In this document: positions 39,178 through 48,732 of the stretch, piece after piece
Position numbering within the stretch: position 1 is the first letter of the stretch
Layout of the letters: each line of letters starts with the position of its first letter
NCBI GenBank assembly: GCA_938085105.1
Contig: CALKGK010000033.1
Span: forward strand, 53,076 to 117,075
Length of the DNA stretch: 64,000 nucleotides
DNA from: an uncultured Flavobacteriales bacterium
Lineage (GTDB): Bacteria > Bacteroidota > Bacteroidia > Flavobacteriales_D > Sanyastnellaceae
Direction of reading: 5' to 3'
Translations under genes and position numbers: made by a program
Notes under the pieces: generated by a model
Database searches by the model: none
Seen by the model: the letters and a program-made list of their open reading frames with translations, nothing else
Told to the model about the DNA's origin: nothing

Positions 39178-39216
39178 GATCATTCTTTCTATAAATGTTC
39201 TTCGGTACAAGCCGGG

Positions 39217-40494
39217 CTAAGCGAACTTGAGGATGCAATAAGATTTCTTTCCCCGTTGAAGCAGTACATAGCGCTGAGAGAGTAAATCAGTTGCTCCGAG
39301 GGTGTACTGATCGTTCACCTTAGTCTTGTTCACGCTGATTGAATTTTCCTTCAATGCGCGTCGAGCTTCTCCATTGCTTTTCAAGAAACCACTTTTCGCG
39401 CTGAGGGCATCAATGATTCCTAACCCTTCCTTCAGCTCGTTCATGCTAATTTCAGATTGAGGAACCCCAGAGAATATGCTTAGGAAGTCATCTTCACTGA
39501 TGGACTTCAGGTCTTCTGCCGTTGATTTCCCAAATAGGATGTTCGAAGCTTTGTGTGCCATCTCCAAGGCTTCTTCTCCATGAATGCGCAAGGTGATGTC
39601 TTCAGCCAAAGCTTTTTGAAGTATTCTCATTTCCGGAGACTTGTTGTGCTCCACTTCGATGGCCTCGATGCTTTCTTGATCTTTCAAGGTAAAGATGCGA
39701 ATGTACTTCTTGGCGTCTTCATCACTTGCGTTCAGCCAGTACTGGTAAAACTTATAAGGAGAGGTCTTCTTCGGGTCAATCCAAACGTTGCCTCCTTCAC
39801 TCTTTCCAAATTTAGAACCGTCAGATTTCGTAATGAGCGTCGCTGTGCATGCAAAGGCTTGTCCGCCCCCTTTTCTCCTCACCAATTCAGTTCCCGTGAC
39901 AATGTTCCCCCATTGATCTGAACCTCCAAATTGAAGTAAACAGTTGCGCTCTTTCCAAAGGTGGTAGAAATCGTAGCCCTGAACCAGCTGGTAGGTGAAT
40001 TCTGTAAAGCTCATTCCGTTTCCATCAAGTCGCTTTTTAACAGAGTCTTTCGCCATCATGTAGTTCACGGTGATGTGTTTACCAACGTCGCGAATAAAGT
40101 CTAAAAAGGAAATGTCCTTGAACCAGTCATAGTTGTTGACGATTTCCGCGGCATTTTCTCCGCAGTCAAAATCGAGGAACTTCTGAAGTTGTGCTTTTTG
40201 ACACGCTAGATTGTGATTTAAAGTGTCCAAATCCAACATGTTTCGCTCGTTGCTTTTTCCGCTAGGATCTCCAACCATTCCAGTTGCTCCTCCCACCAAG
40301 GCGATGGGCTTGTGGCCCGCTCGCTGAAAATGTACCAAAAGCATGATGGGCACTAAATTACCGATATGAAGAGAGTCAGCCGTAGGGTCAAAGCCCACAT
40401 AACCGAGAGTCATTTCTTTCTTCAGTTGTTCATCTGTTCCAGGCATCACATCGTGCAACATGCCTCTCCATCGCAGCTCTTCTAAAAAGTCCAT
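39217..40494 (-). CDS. tyrS: Tyrosine--tRNA ligase
   Basis: HIGH motif (SLHIGNLV), KMSKS variant (KFGKS) and a C-terminal S4-like domain. The track start at 40512 is TTG; the ATG at 40494 gives MDFLEELRWRGMLHD. Confidence 0.95.
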   Translation of the reverse strand: MDFLEELRWRGMLHDVMPGTDEQLKKEMTLGYVGFDPTADSLHIGNLVPIMLLVHFQRAGHKPIALVGGATGMVGDPSGKSNERNMLDLDTLNHNLACQKAQLQKFLDFDCGENAAEIVNNYDWFKDISFLDFIRDVGKHITVNYMMAKDSVKKRLDGNGMSFTEFTYQLVQGYDFYHLWKERNCLLQFGGSDQWGNIVTGTELVRRKGGGQAFACTATLITKSDGSKFGKSEGGNVWIDPKKTSPYKFYQYWLNASDEDAKKYIRIFTLKDQESIEAIEVEHNKSPEMRILQKALAEDITLRIHGEEALEMAHKASNILFGKSTAEDLKSISEDDFLSIFSGVPQSEISMNELKEGLGIIDALSAKSGFLKSNGEARRALKENSISVNKTKVNDQYTLGATDLLSQRYVLLQRGKKSYCILKFA

Positions 40495-40531
40495 TGGTGT
40501 AATTTTCAACAAAGATAGTATTTCGTGGTGC

Positions 40532-41809
40532 TTATAATAAGTCCTTGAGCCCTTCTAATGCAATTCCTCTCGATCCCTTCAAGAGGATAATTCTTCCGCT
40601 AGGAGGAGATAGTTCAAGATGTTCATAGGCTTCTTGGGTTGACTTGAAATGGGGGATACCTTTATGATGTGTTGCAGCGAAGTGTTCTCCAATCAATATG
40701 GCGTCCATTTCATGTTCTCGCAGATAATTCACCAATACTTGATGTTCTCGTAGACTATGCTCTCCCATTTCAAACATGTCGCCCAAGATTGCCAGTCCTT
40801 CACTACCGTAATTCCTTAAATTCTCCAAAGCGTGAGCCATGCTACTCGGATTAGCATTGTAGGCATCCATAATCACTTTATTTCTGCTCGTCACAAGCCA
40901 TTGTGAACGGTTGTTCTCTGGCGTATAGTTCGCAATGGCAGCTTGCATGTTCTCAAGTTCGATATTGAAATGCATGCCTATGGCAATGGCTATGAGGATG
41001 TTGTTTTTGTTGTATTCCCCTTCTAACTTACATTTAAAGGGATGTACACCTGTAGAAGTTTCAATCTCAAGCAAGAGCTCTTTTTGTTGAGCAACTTGAA
41101 TGATTCTTGGTGGAAGAAGTTTCCCAAAGCGAATGAGGTGTTCAATATCTTCAGCGCATTCAACCAAAACGGTGTCTGTAGTCGGAACAAATGCTCTTCC
41201 TCCTTTATCGGCTATGTAGTCAAAGAGTTCTTTTTTCCCTTGCCGTACGCCTTGAGGTCCGCCAAACCCTTCCAAGTGGGCTTTTCCAATATTGGTGATG
41301 TACGCAAGATCAGGCATGCTGATGCTACACAGAAAGGCAATTTCATTTTGATGGTTGGCCCCCATTTCTACAATACCAACATCGAGGTCCAGTGGGAAAG
41401 AAAGTAGTGTTAAAGGAACTCCGATGTGGTTGTTAAGATTACCTATTGTTGCTCCAACTTTCAATTCGGTAGAAAGTACATCGCGGATGAGTTCTTTACT
41501 GGTAGTCTTTCCATTGCTTCCGGTAATTCCAATGATGGGGAATTCGAATTGCTGGCGATGATGTCGGGCAAGTTCTTGTAAGGTCACTAGGGGATCATCT
41601 ACTTGAATGATCTTGTTGTCCTTCAAGTCAATTCCTTTCTTGCAAACCACAGCAGATGCTCCCAATTCAAGGGCTGCTTCCACAAATTGATTTCCGTCAA
41701 AGTTTTCGCCACTCAAAGCAACAAAAAACTTACCTAAGGCCATTTTTCGGGTGTCGGTACAAATTCCTGTGGACTTGTTGAACCGTCGGTAGATTTCCTC
41801 CATCATCAT
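40532..41809 (-). CDS. murF: UDP-N-acetylmuramoyl-tripeptide--D-alanyl-D-alanine ligase
   Basis: 425 aa with Mur ligase P-loop GITGSNGKTTSKE and DAYNANPSSM. It is adjacent to gldJ, as in F. johnsoniae. Confidence 0.9.
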   Translation of the reverse strand: MMMEEIYRRFNKSTGICTDTRKMALGKFFVALSGENFDGNQFVEAALELGASAVVCKKGIDLKDNKIIQVDDPLVTLQELARHHRQQFEFPIIGITGSNGKTTSKELIRDVLSTELKVGATIGNLNNHIGVPLTLLSFPLDLDVGIVEMGANHQNEIAFLCSISMPDLAYITNIGKAHLEGFGGPQGVRQGKKELFDYIADKGGRAFVPTTDTVLVECAEDIEHLIRFGKLLPPRIIQVAQQKELLLEIETSTGVHPFKCKLEGEYNKNNILIAIAIGMHFNIELENMQAAIANYTPENNRSQWLVTSRNKVIMDAYNANPSSMAHALENLRNYGSEGLAILGDMFEMGEHSLREHQVLVNYLREHEMDAILIGEHFAATHHKGIPHFKSTQEAYEHLELSPPSGRIILLKGSRGIALEGLKDLL

Positions 41810-41811
41810 CT

Positions 41812-41853
41812 CCCAAAAATAATAAACCCCAAGGCTTGGCCTCAGGGTTTATT
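41812..41853 (-). terminator. Terminator after gldJ whose U-tract contains a TATTTTTG -7 box abutting the murF ATG
   Basis: AATAAACCC (41821-41829) and GGGTTTATT (41845-41853) form an inverted repeat. The minus strand reads ...GGGTTTATTATTTTTGGGAG-ATGATGATG. Confidence 0.55.
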
Positions 41854-41888
41854 CAATATTCTCTGCGAAAATGATTCTCCAGGTATTT

Positions 41889-43634
41889 TTACTCTTGAGT
41901 AAAGCCTGTCGGACTTCCAACTCTGGTCATCGCGCAACGGAAACCAATGGTTGAAGTTGATCTTCTTTCATCCAAGAAACGACGTGTTCCTGGAATTATC
42001 CAGTAAGCTCTGTCTCTCCATGAACCTCCTTTGTAAACTCTCGCACGATCATTCACCAAGGTTGTTTTACCCCAGTCATACATGCGGTTTTCGTTACTTT
42101 CGAAAGAAGGATCTTCATAGTAAATAGAAGAGTTCAAATCACCATCACCGTAGTCGATGTTGTCTGATTCTCTATAATTTCTTCGATCGATGTTCTCAGC
42201 GATGGTTACATCACGCATTCTCATGTCACCAGGAGTTGACTCTATATAATCAGCGATTCCATCACGAAGATCTGGGGCAACTTGCGAATCAGAACTAGCG
42301 ATCAAATCCATTCCATCTTGAATTCTTTGGTTCGCTTCTGCGTGCAATCTGTTTTTCAAATCTTCTTTTGCTTGAGTAGTGTAAGTCAAAAGGTTGTCGA
42401 TGAGGTTCTGATCGGTATCAGTCAAACGCCCTTGAGAACGTTTTTGATACTCTTTCAAGAAATACTCTACACCTTCTACATCGTAAACTACATAGTCGTA
42501 CTTGTCTTCAAGACCACCTTCACTGTTCAATACTTTCGTTTGGAATACGTTTCCACGGAAAGGTCTAAACTCTCCTTTATCCTGAGGAGAAAGCGGACGA
42601 TAAACATCCATCACCCACTCGGATACGTTACCAGCCATGTTGTAAAGACCGTAATCGTTCGGAGCATAGCTATACACAGGAGTGGTAATGTCACCAGCAT
42701 CATTTAGAGCACCAGCAACTCCCATAAGGTCACCACGTCCACGAACGAAGTTTGCATTCAATTGTCCGTAGAATCGTCCACCGCTGTTATCGTTACGCAC
42801 ATAGTGTCCGTTCCAAGGGTAAGTTCTACGATCAGAGATCAATTCTTGGTAAGAGTTACCAATGAGTCCGAGAGCGGCGAATTCCCACTCTGCTTCTGTT
42901 GGTAGTCGATAACGTGGGAGCAAGATTCCATCTTCCATTCTCACGTTACGGTATCCGCTCGATCCTGGTCTCAGGTCAACCACACCGTCGGCATCTTTTT
43001 CACCTTCGTACTGTCCGCCAAAATAGGCATCAGTAGTGAAGTGTTCTTCATCCACTTGCGCTTCTGGGTTATGTACCAAAAGACCTTCACGAATCAAAAT
43101 GATTTCGTTCACACGGTCGGTTCTCCAAGCGCAAAAATCATTGGCCTGAAGCCAGTTGATTCCTACTACTGGATAATCTCTATAAGCCGGGTGTCTTAGG
43201 TAGTATTCAACGTAAGGTTCGTTGTACTCCATTTTCTCTCTCCACACCAAGGTGTCGGGGAGGGCTTTGTTTACGATTTCCGGATAGCTATCGCCATAGA
43301 TGCGTTGTAGCCAATGAAGGTACTCTAACCAGTACAAGTTGGTGACCTCGGTTTCATCCATGTAAAAAGAAGAAACAGTTACTCTTCGTGGAATATTATC
43401 CCAACCGTAAGTAACATCGTCTTCAACTCTACCCATGGTAAATGTTCCACCTTCGATGAGGACCAAACCTGGTCCGGTTTCTTGCTCAACAAAAGGGGCT
43501 TTTTCAAATCCACCGTTCGACGGGTCGTTGTAGGCCCATCCTGTGGCTCCAGAACGCTCTTGTCCGCAAGACGCGAGTAAGAGAACACTCCCGAGCAATG
43601 TTAGAATACTAAGTGAGTTCCTAAGGACTTTCAT
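41889..43634 (-). CDS. gldJ: Gliding motility lipoprotein GldJ (FGE-sulfatase/SUMF1-like fold)
   Basis: 581 aa with lipobox LLLASCGQ. GGTFTMG, NVSEWV and RVYKGGSWRD are FGE-sulfatase-domain motifs. Synteny with murF and porU/porV. Confidence 0.85.
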   Translation of the reverse strand: MKVLRNSLSILTLLGSVLLLASCGQERSGATGWAYNDPSNGGFEKAPFVEQETGPGLVLIEGGTFTMGRVEDDVTYGWDNIPRRVTVSSFYMDETEVTNLYWLEYLHWLQRIYGDSYPEIVNKALPDTLVWREKMEYNEPYVEYYLRHPAYRDYPVVGINWLQANDFCAWRTDRVNEIILIREGLLVHNPEAQVDEEHFTTDAYFGGQYEGEKDADGVVDLRPGSSGYRNVRMEDGILLPRYRLPTEAEWEFAALGLIGNSYQELISDRRTYPWNGHYVRNDNSGGRFYGQLNANFVRGRGDLMGVAGALNDAGDITTPVYSYAPNDYGLYNMAGNVSEWVMDVYRPLSPQDKGEFRPFRGNVFQTKVLNSEGGLEDKYDYVVYDVEGVEYFLKEYQKRSQGRLTDTDQNLIDNLLTYTTQAKEDLKNRLHAEANQRIQDGMDLIASSDSQVAPDLRDGIADYIESTPGDMRMRDVTIAENIDRRNYRESDNIDYGDGDLNSSIYYEDPSFESNENRMYDWGKTTLVNDRARVYKGGSWRDRAYWIIPGTRRFLDERRSTSTIGFRCAMTRVGSPTGFTQE

Positions 43635-43678
43635 GATTTCCTAAATAAGTGATTTCCTTGCAAATAATAAACAAATAA

Positions 43679-44686
43679 CTAGAAAGACGGGCAGGATATT
43701 GTCCTAAACTTCTTTCTTTTTGGTCGACAATCAAACTGAATGGCCATTGAAACCTCGTGCGATCCTCCGGTTGCAGGGGTCAATTCAGAAACGGTAACGT
43801 CGTAGCTGTATCCAAAACGAATAACTTCGGTTTGGACACCCAAGGTAACGATAAATGCATCGCGATAATCTCCGAAAAGGAGTCCACGATACCAGATTCC
43901 ACCAACCAATGGACCTTTGTTTACGTAAAGACCCATATTAAGTTGCTGAAATTCTCCTTGTCTTCGATAAAGAATGTTTGGGGAGATGCTTGATTCGCTG
44001 TATCGACTGCGACGATCGATAGGGATAACGGCTCCTGCATGACCTGTCCATTTAATCGGAAGGCGGCTTGTACCAACGACCAAAGACTCGTTGGGCTCGG
44101 TCAAGTGATGAGCAGCAACTCCGAAATAGAATTTCTCTGAGAAACCAAGTAGTCCGGCGCTGAAATCCACGTTAGAAACAGTTCCACGTCCGTCCGCAGT
44201 AAGGTTTCCACGAGGCACGTCTCTTGTTTCATAGATGAACCCTTTTCTTGGGTCGATCATGTCTCCAAAAGTAAGTTTACTCCAGTCCAATGCTTTCTGC
44301 ATGTAGGTAGCCTGGAAACCTGCTTTCAAAGAGAAGGTTCTACTCAAGGCCATTTGATAAGAATAAATCCCACTAATGGTTGTTGTTGTCAACGTTCCTT
44401 CACCAGCTTGATCTCGAACGGCAATCAATCCCAAACCTCCGTGGAGGGTCTCCACATGTTGGTCATAACTCGCACTGCTCGTCACAAATGAACCTGACAG
44501 GGCAGGCCACTGGTTTCGGTAGTTCATCACCAATCGTGGACAACGCGCAGTACCCGCAAATGCAGGGTTCAAATAAAGCGGGTTGGCGTAAAATTGTGTG
44601 AACTCAGCATCCTGCGCCTGAGTACTGCTCGGCAGTAACATCGACAAGATGGCTATCATTCCTGTACATAAAAGTACTTTCTTCAT
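43679..44686 (-). CDS. PorP/SprF family type IX secretion system membrane protein
   Basis: Signal peptide MKKVLLCTGMIAILSMLLPSSTQAQ, then DAEFTQFYANPLYLNPAFAG (family signature), and C-terminus ...ISCPSF. The track N-terminal extension to 44845 overlaps porU and is rejected. Confidence 0.75.
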   Translation of the reverse strand: MKKVLLCTGMIAILSMLLPSSTQAQDAEFTQFYANPLYLNPAFAGTARCPRLVMNYRNQWPALSGSFVTSSASYDQHVETLHGGLGLIAVRDQAGEGTLTTTTISGIYSYQMALSRTFSLKAGFQATYMQKALDWSKLTFGDMIDPRKGFIYETRDVPRGNLTADGRGTVSNVDFSAGLLGFSEKFYFGVAAHHLTEPNESLVVGTSRLPIKWTGHAGAVIPIDRRSRYSESSISPNILYRRQGEFQQLNMGLYVNKGPLVGGIWYRGLLFGDYRDAFIVTLGVQTEVIRFGYSYDVTVSELTPATGGSHEVSMAIQFDCRPKRKKFRTISCPSF

Positions 44687-44826
44687 CACTTTTGGTTTGG
44701 TCTTCGTCCTACGTGAATTAGCAATATTACGAAAAATATTTCTGCATCTTTCGCATCTTTGCTGCAATAAGAGAACTTCAAGTTCGTTTATTTTGTTGCT
44801 TCTAGCCAAGTACATTATTAAAAGAT

Positions 44827-47800
44827 ATGCCCAAAACAATTCCATTCCTCCTCTTCTTTTGTCTCTTGAGTGCTACTGTTCTCGGACAAAAGACCGACGA
44901 ATATCGTTTTTCACTCACGTGGAGTGAAGATAGTGAAACAGCTGATATTCCTGTAGGTAAGATGGGATTCGAAGGGGCTGATTGGTCGGATGAGCTTCCC
45001 CAGTGGCACCACAATGAGATCATTGAGCGCGGTTTTTATGATGCAGACTTGACAAACTTCAATCCTATTGTTGAAGTGGTTTTGGAGAGTGACCTCACTC
45101 CGAGGCAAAAGAAACTGGCTTCGAGCGGGTTTCAGCCCAAATTGATTGCTAGAAGCACGGGAAATGGTACCGTTTTAAATTTGAGCGGAAATGGTATTCG
45201 CAAGACCGAAAATGGAACCTTCGAGCGTTTGGTAGGCGCTGCTTATGAGTTTGAATTGAGCGCAAAAGCGACCCAAAGAATGATGGAGTGGGCAGATAAT
45301 TCCGTGCTCGCAGAAGGAGAATGGTACAAGATTGGAATCGACCGCGATGGTGTGTATCGAATTGACCGGGCTTTCCTTCAGTCCTTGGGAATTGATCCGA
45401 ATACGGTGAACCCACAGCAAATCAACCTTTATGGGAATGGCGGGCGAATGCTGCCCTTTGAAAATAGTGCGGACCGACCGGATGACCTCCTGAAGAATGC
45501 CATCTTTGTGTCTGGAGAAGCAGACGGAAGCTTCGATTCGAATGATTACTTGCTCTTTTACGGACAAGGAGCGGATGCATGGGACTACAACGACGATTTG
45601 GGTCGTTTCGAACACCTCAATCACCATTACTCCGATTCTGCCTATTATTTTCTGCGCATCGATGATACCGATCCAAAAAGAATTATCGAAACCACTCCTC
45701 CATCAACCGCAGATTATGTCTTGAATTCTTTTGATGATCGGGCTTTGATTGAAAATGATGAAGTAAGTTTGGCGAAAACGGGAAGACGATTTTTTGGAGA
45801 GAATTTCGATCTCGACCCGTTAACCATTCCCTTCACAGTACCCATGCCCAATCTTCTAGATGAGCCCGCTCATGTAGAAATTGCTGTTGCCGCACGTTCA
45901 ATTGGAGCCAATAGTGAGTTTGAGGTGAATGTTGGAGATGCGCAATTTGACATTGTTGTTCAAGGTACAGGAACCAGTGCCATTGCGAACATCGCGAACA
46001 TCAGTGAAGGAGAAAGTGATTTCGTTCCAAATTCAAACAATGCGCTTACAGCTAGTCTCACTTTTGTGAAGGGAGAACCCAGTGCTGAAGGTTGGCTGGA
46101 TTACATTCGATTCAACGCCAAACGAGAGTTGAGAATGACGGGTGCGCAGCTCTCCTTTCGTTCCATCGAAGCACTCAATACACCGGGAGTAGCTCAGTAC
46201 TTGTTGGACGGTGCAAATCAACTCTTTCAGGTTTGGGATGTGAGCAACCCGAGCGATGCTTTTTCCATCCCTTTTCAAACAGAAGGCAACAATCAAAGAA
46301 GTTTTAATTCGAACGGCGGAAGCCTTAAGGAATTCATCGCTTTTTCAGACTTCAATTACCTCACTCCTGTTCCTAATGGTCGGGTAGAAAATCAGAATTT
46401 GCACGGTATGGGGAACGTGGATATGGTGATCGTTTGTCCGAGTCAAATGCTCCCTGCGGCTGAAGAGCTTCAAGCCATTCACGGAGCTGAAGGTTTGGAA
46501 ATCGAGATTGTTACTCCTCGTCAGGTTTATCACGAGTTTAGTTCTGGAAACGATGATGTGACGGCCATTCGAATGATGATGAAGATGCTTTATGATCGAG
46601 CGGCGGGCAATGAAGAATTACAACCAAAGTATCTCCAAATATTGGGAGATGGTACCTTCGACAACAAGCACATTCAAGACGAAAGTGGCCTTGTGATTAC
46701 TTACCAAAGCTTCAATTCTGTAGCGCCCATCGGGAGTTATATTAGTGATGATTACTTCGGTTTTTTGGATGATGAAGCAGGAGATGCCCTAGGTGAAGTG
46801 GTACAAATTGGTGTCGGTAGAATTCCTGCCGCGACCTTATCCGAAGCCTTGGGTTACGTGAATAAAGTGAAGGCATATCTGGCTTCAAATACTACCAGCG
46901 ATGGAGGAGCATTTTGTTTGGGTGATGGAAGCAACTCTCCCTATGGCTCATGGCGAAACATGATTACTTTCATTTCGGATGATCGGGATGGGAACGGCGG
47001 CCCGTCAGAGAGTGTTCACATGTCGAACAGCAATTCATTGGCAAATCAAGTCTACACGGAGCACAATGACTACGATGTGGTGAAATTATACATGGATGCT
47101 TACCAGCAAGAATCGACCCCTGGTGGAGAGCGTTACCCCGAAGGAGCTGCCGCCATTGAACGAAGAGTACAGAATGGTTCATTGATTGTCAATTATGTCG
47201 GACACGGTGGTGAACGAGGATTCGCCCACGAACGTATTTTGGACCTCACGACCATTCAGAAGTGGACCAACTTGAACCGCTTGCCTTTGTTTGTGACCGC
47301 GACCTGCGAATTGGCGAGATACGATGATCCTGAATTTCGTTCTGCCGGTGAGTTGATCATCATGAACGAAAACGGAGGAGCGATTGCCATGCTCACAACC
47401 ACCCGAATCGTAACAAGCCTGCAAAATCAATTCTTGAACTCAGCATTCTTTGATGTGGCCTTGGACGAACAAGGGATCGATAATTTGACGATCGGGAAAA
47501 TCATGCAGCTCACAAAAAATGCGGTTTCACCTTCGTCCAACAAAAGAAACTTTAGCCTACTCGGAGATGTGGCTTTGAGGTTGAGCTACCCCAAGTTTGA
47601 GGTGCAAACCACTACAATCAACGGAGAGGTGATCGATCCAAACAACCCTCAAGTCATCAATTCACTCCAAGAAGTGAGTATTGGCGGTTTTGTGAGTGAT
47701 GAAGCAGGCAACATCTTGAATGATTTTAACGGTTTCATATACCCTAGCGTTTTTGACAAGAGAAGCACTGTACTCACCTTGAACAATGATGGTGCAGCAA

Positions 47801-48678
47801 ACGATTATAGCTACGATGTATTCAAAAACTTGATTTATCGGGGCAAGGCGAGTGTTGTAAATGGAGCTTTTGAATTTCGCTTTGTTGTTCCGCGTGACAT
47901 TGCCTTCGATTTTGGTTCAGGACGAATCAGTTACTACGCCGTGGATGGAGATAATGATGCCCACGGACATACCGAAGATTTTGAGATTGGTGGTTCGGCA
48001 GAAGGAGCAGAGTTGAACACCGTTGGTCCGGAAATTAAACTATTCATGAACGATTCCACTTTTGTTTTTGGTGGAACTACAGATGAGAGTCCGTTTATTT
48101 TTGCCCGACTGTTTGATGAAAATGGAATCAATACCGTAGGAAATGGAATTGGTCACGATTTAAGAGCGGTGATCGATGGGAACACCAACGACCCAATCAT
48201 CTTGAACGATGCCTACGAATCAGATCTCGATACCTATCAAGCGGGAGAGGTGCGTTATCAACTGCAGGAGTTGGCTGAAGGAACTCACACCTTGAACCTT
48301 CGGGTTTGGGACGTTCATAACAATTCTTCTGAGGCCAATACCGAATTTGTGGTTGCCTCTTCATCTGAGCTGGCATTGACGCATGTTTTGAATTACCCCA
48401 ATCCTTTCACAACGCATACCGACTTCTATTTTGAGCACAATCAAGCCTGCAACAACCTCGATGTTGAGGTGCAGGTATATACGATTAGTGGCAAGTTGGT
48501 GAAAACCATTCGCGAAAATGTACTAAGTGAAGGATTCAGGAGTCAAGGTATCTCTTGGGATGGAAAAGATGACTTCGGTGATAATATTGGACGAGGGGTT
48601 TACGTTTACCGGGTGAAAGTGATTACCCCCGATGGTTTGTCGGCCGAACATTTCGAACGACTAGTCATACTTCGATAA
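44827..48678 (+). CDS. porU: T9SS C-terminal signal peptidase/sortase PorU (peptidase C25 family)
   Basis: 1283 aa with a signal peptide. It has a gingipain-like caspase-fold core (VNYVGHGGERGFAHE ... LFVTATCELARYDDP gives the His/Cys dyad context) and a C-terminal CTD-like beta-sandwich (NYPNPFT...GVYVYRVKV). It is immediately followed by porV. Confidence 0.85.
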   Translation: MPKTIPFLLFFCLLSATVLGQKTDEYRFSLTWSEDSETADIPVGKMGFEGADWSDELPQWHHNEIIERGFYDADLTNFNPIVEVVLESDLTPRQKKLASSGFQPKLIARSTGNGTVLNLSGNGIRKTENGTFERLVGAAYEFELSAKATQRMMEWADNSVLAEGEWYKIGIDRDGVYRIDRAFLQSLGIDPNTVNPQQINLYGNGGRMLPFENSADRPDDLLKNAIFVSGEADGSFDSNDYLLFYGQGADAWDYNDDLGRFEHLNHHYSDSAYYFLRIDDTDPKRIIETTPPSTADYVLNSFDDRALIENDEVSLAKTGRRFFGENFDLDPLTIPFTVPMPNLLDEPAHVEIAVAARSIGANSEFEVNVGDAQFDIVVQGTGTSAIANIANISEGESDFVPNSNNALTASLTFVKGEPSAEGWLDYIRFNAKRELRMTGAQLSFRSIEALNTPGVAQYLLDGANQLFQVWDVSNPSDAFSIPFQTEGNNQRSFNSNGGSLKEFIAFSDFNYLTPVPNGRVENQNLHGMGNVDMVIVCPSQMLPAAEELQAIHGAEGLEIEIVTPRQVYHEFSSGNDDVTAIRMMMKMLYDRAAGNEELQPKYLQILGDGTFDNKHIQDESGLVITYQSFNSVAPIGSYISDDYFGFLDDEAGDALGEVVQIGVGRIPAATLSEALGYVNKVKAYLASNTTSDGGAFCLGDGSNSPYGSWRNMITFISDDRDGNGGPSESVHMSNSNSLANQVYTEHNDYDVVKLYMDAYQQESTPGGERYPEGAAAIERRVQNGSLIVNYVGHGGERGFAHERILDLTTIQKWTNLNRLPLFVTATCELARYDDPEFRSAGELIIMNENGGAIAMLTTTRIVTSLQNQFLNSAFFDVALDEQGIDNLTIGKIMQLTKNAVSPSSNKRNFSLLGDVALRLSYPKFEVQTTTINGEVIDPNNPQVINSLQEVSIGGFVSDEAGNILNDFNGFIYPSVFDKRSTVLTLNNDGAANDYSYDVFKNLIYRGKASVVNGAFEFRFVVPRDIAFDFGSGRISYYAVDGDNDAHGHTEDFEIGGSAEGAELNTVGPEIKLFMNDSTFVFGGTTDESPFIFARLFDENGINTVGNGIGHDLRAVIDGNTNDPIILNDAYESDLDTYQAGEVRYQLQELAEGTHTLNLRVWDVHNNSSEANTEFVVASSSELALTHVLNYPNPFTTHTDFYFEHNQACNNLDVEVQVYTISGKLVKTIRENVLSEGFRSQGISWDGKDDFGDNIGRGVYVYRVKVITPDGLSAEHFERLVILR

Positions 48679-48701
48679 AGAACCTTTCAGGAGATTATAC
48701 G

Positions 48702-48709
48702 TATATTTG
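48702..48709 (+). promoter_or_regulatory. -7 box (TATATTTG) upstream of porV
   Basis: A TAnnTTTG match 23 nt upstream of the ATG at 48733. Confidence 0.45.
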
Positions 48710-48732
48710 CACACTATTATAAAACCAAAGCG

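Noticed and set aside
44687-44845. N-terminal extensions in the ORF track: porP-like to 44845, ssb to 3835, recG from 55224, porX from 8852, GT4 from 30004, tyrS to 40512, mutY to 4850, cdd from 52215, and the 847-aa version to 60025.
   Set aside because: The extensions start at TTG/GTG codons. They overlap neighbouring genes, promoters or terminator hairpins, and they precede clear signal peptides or conserved N-termini that begin at internal ATGs.
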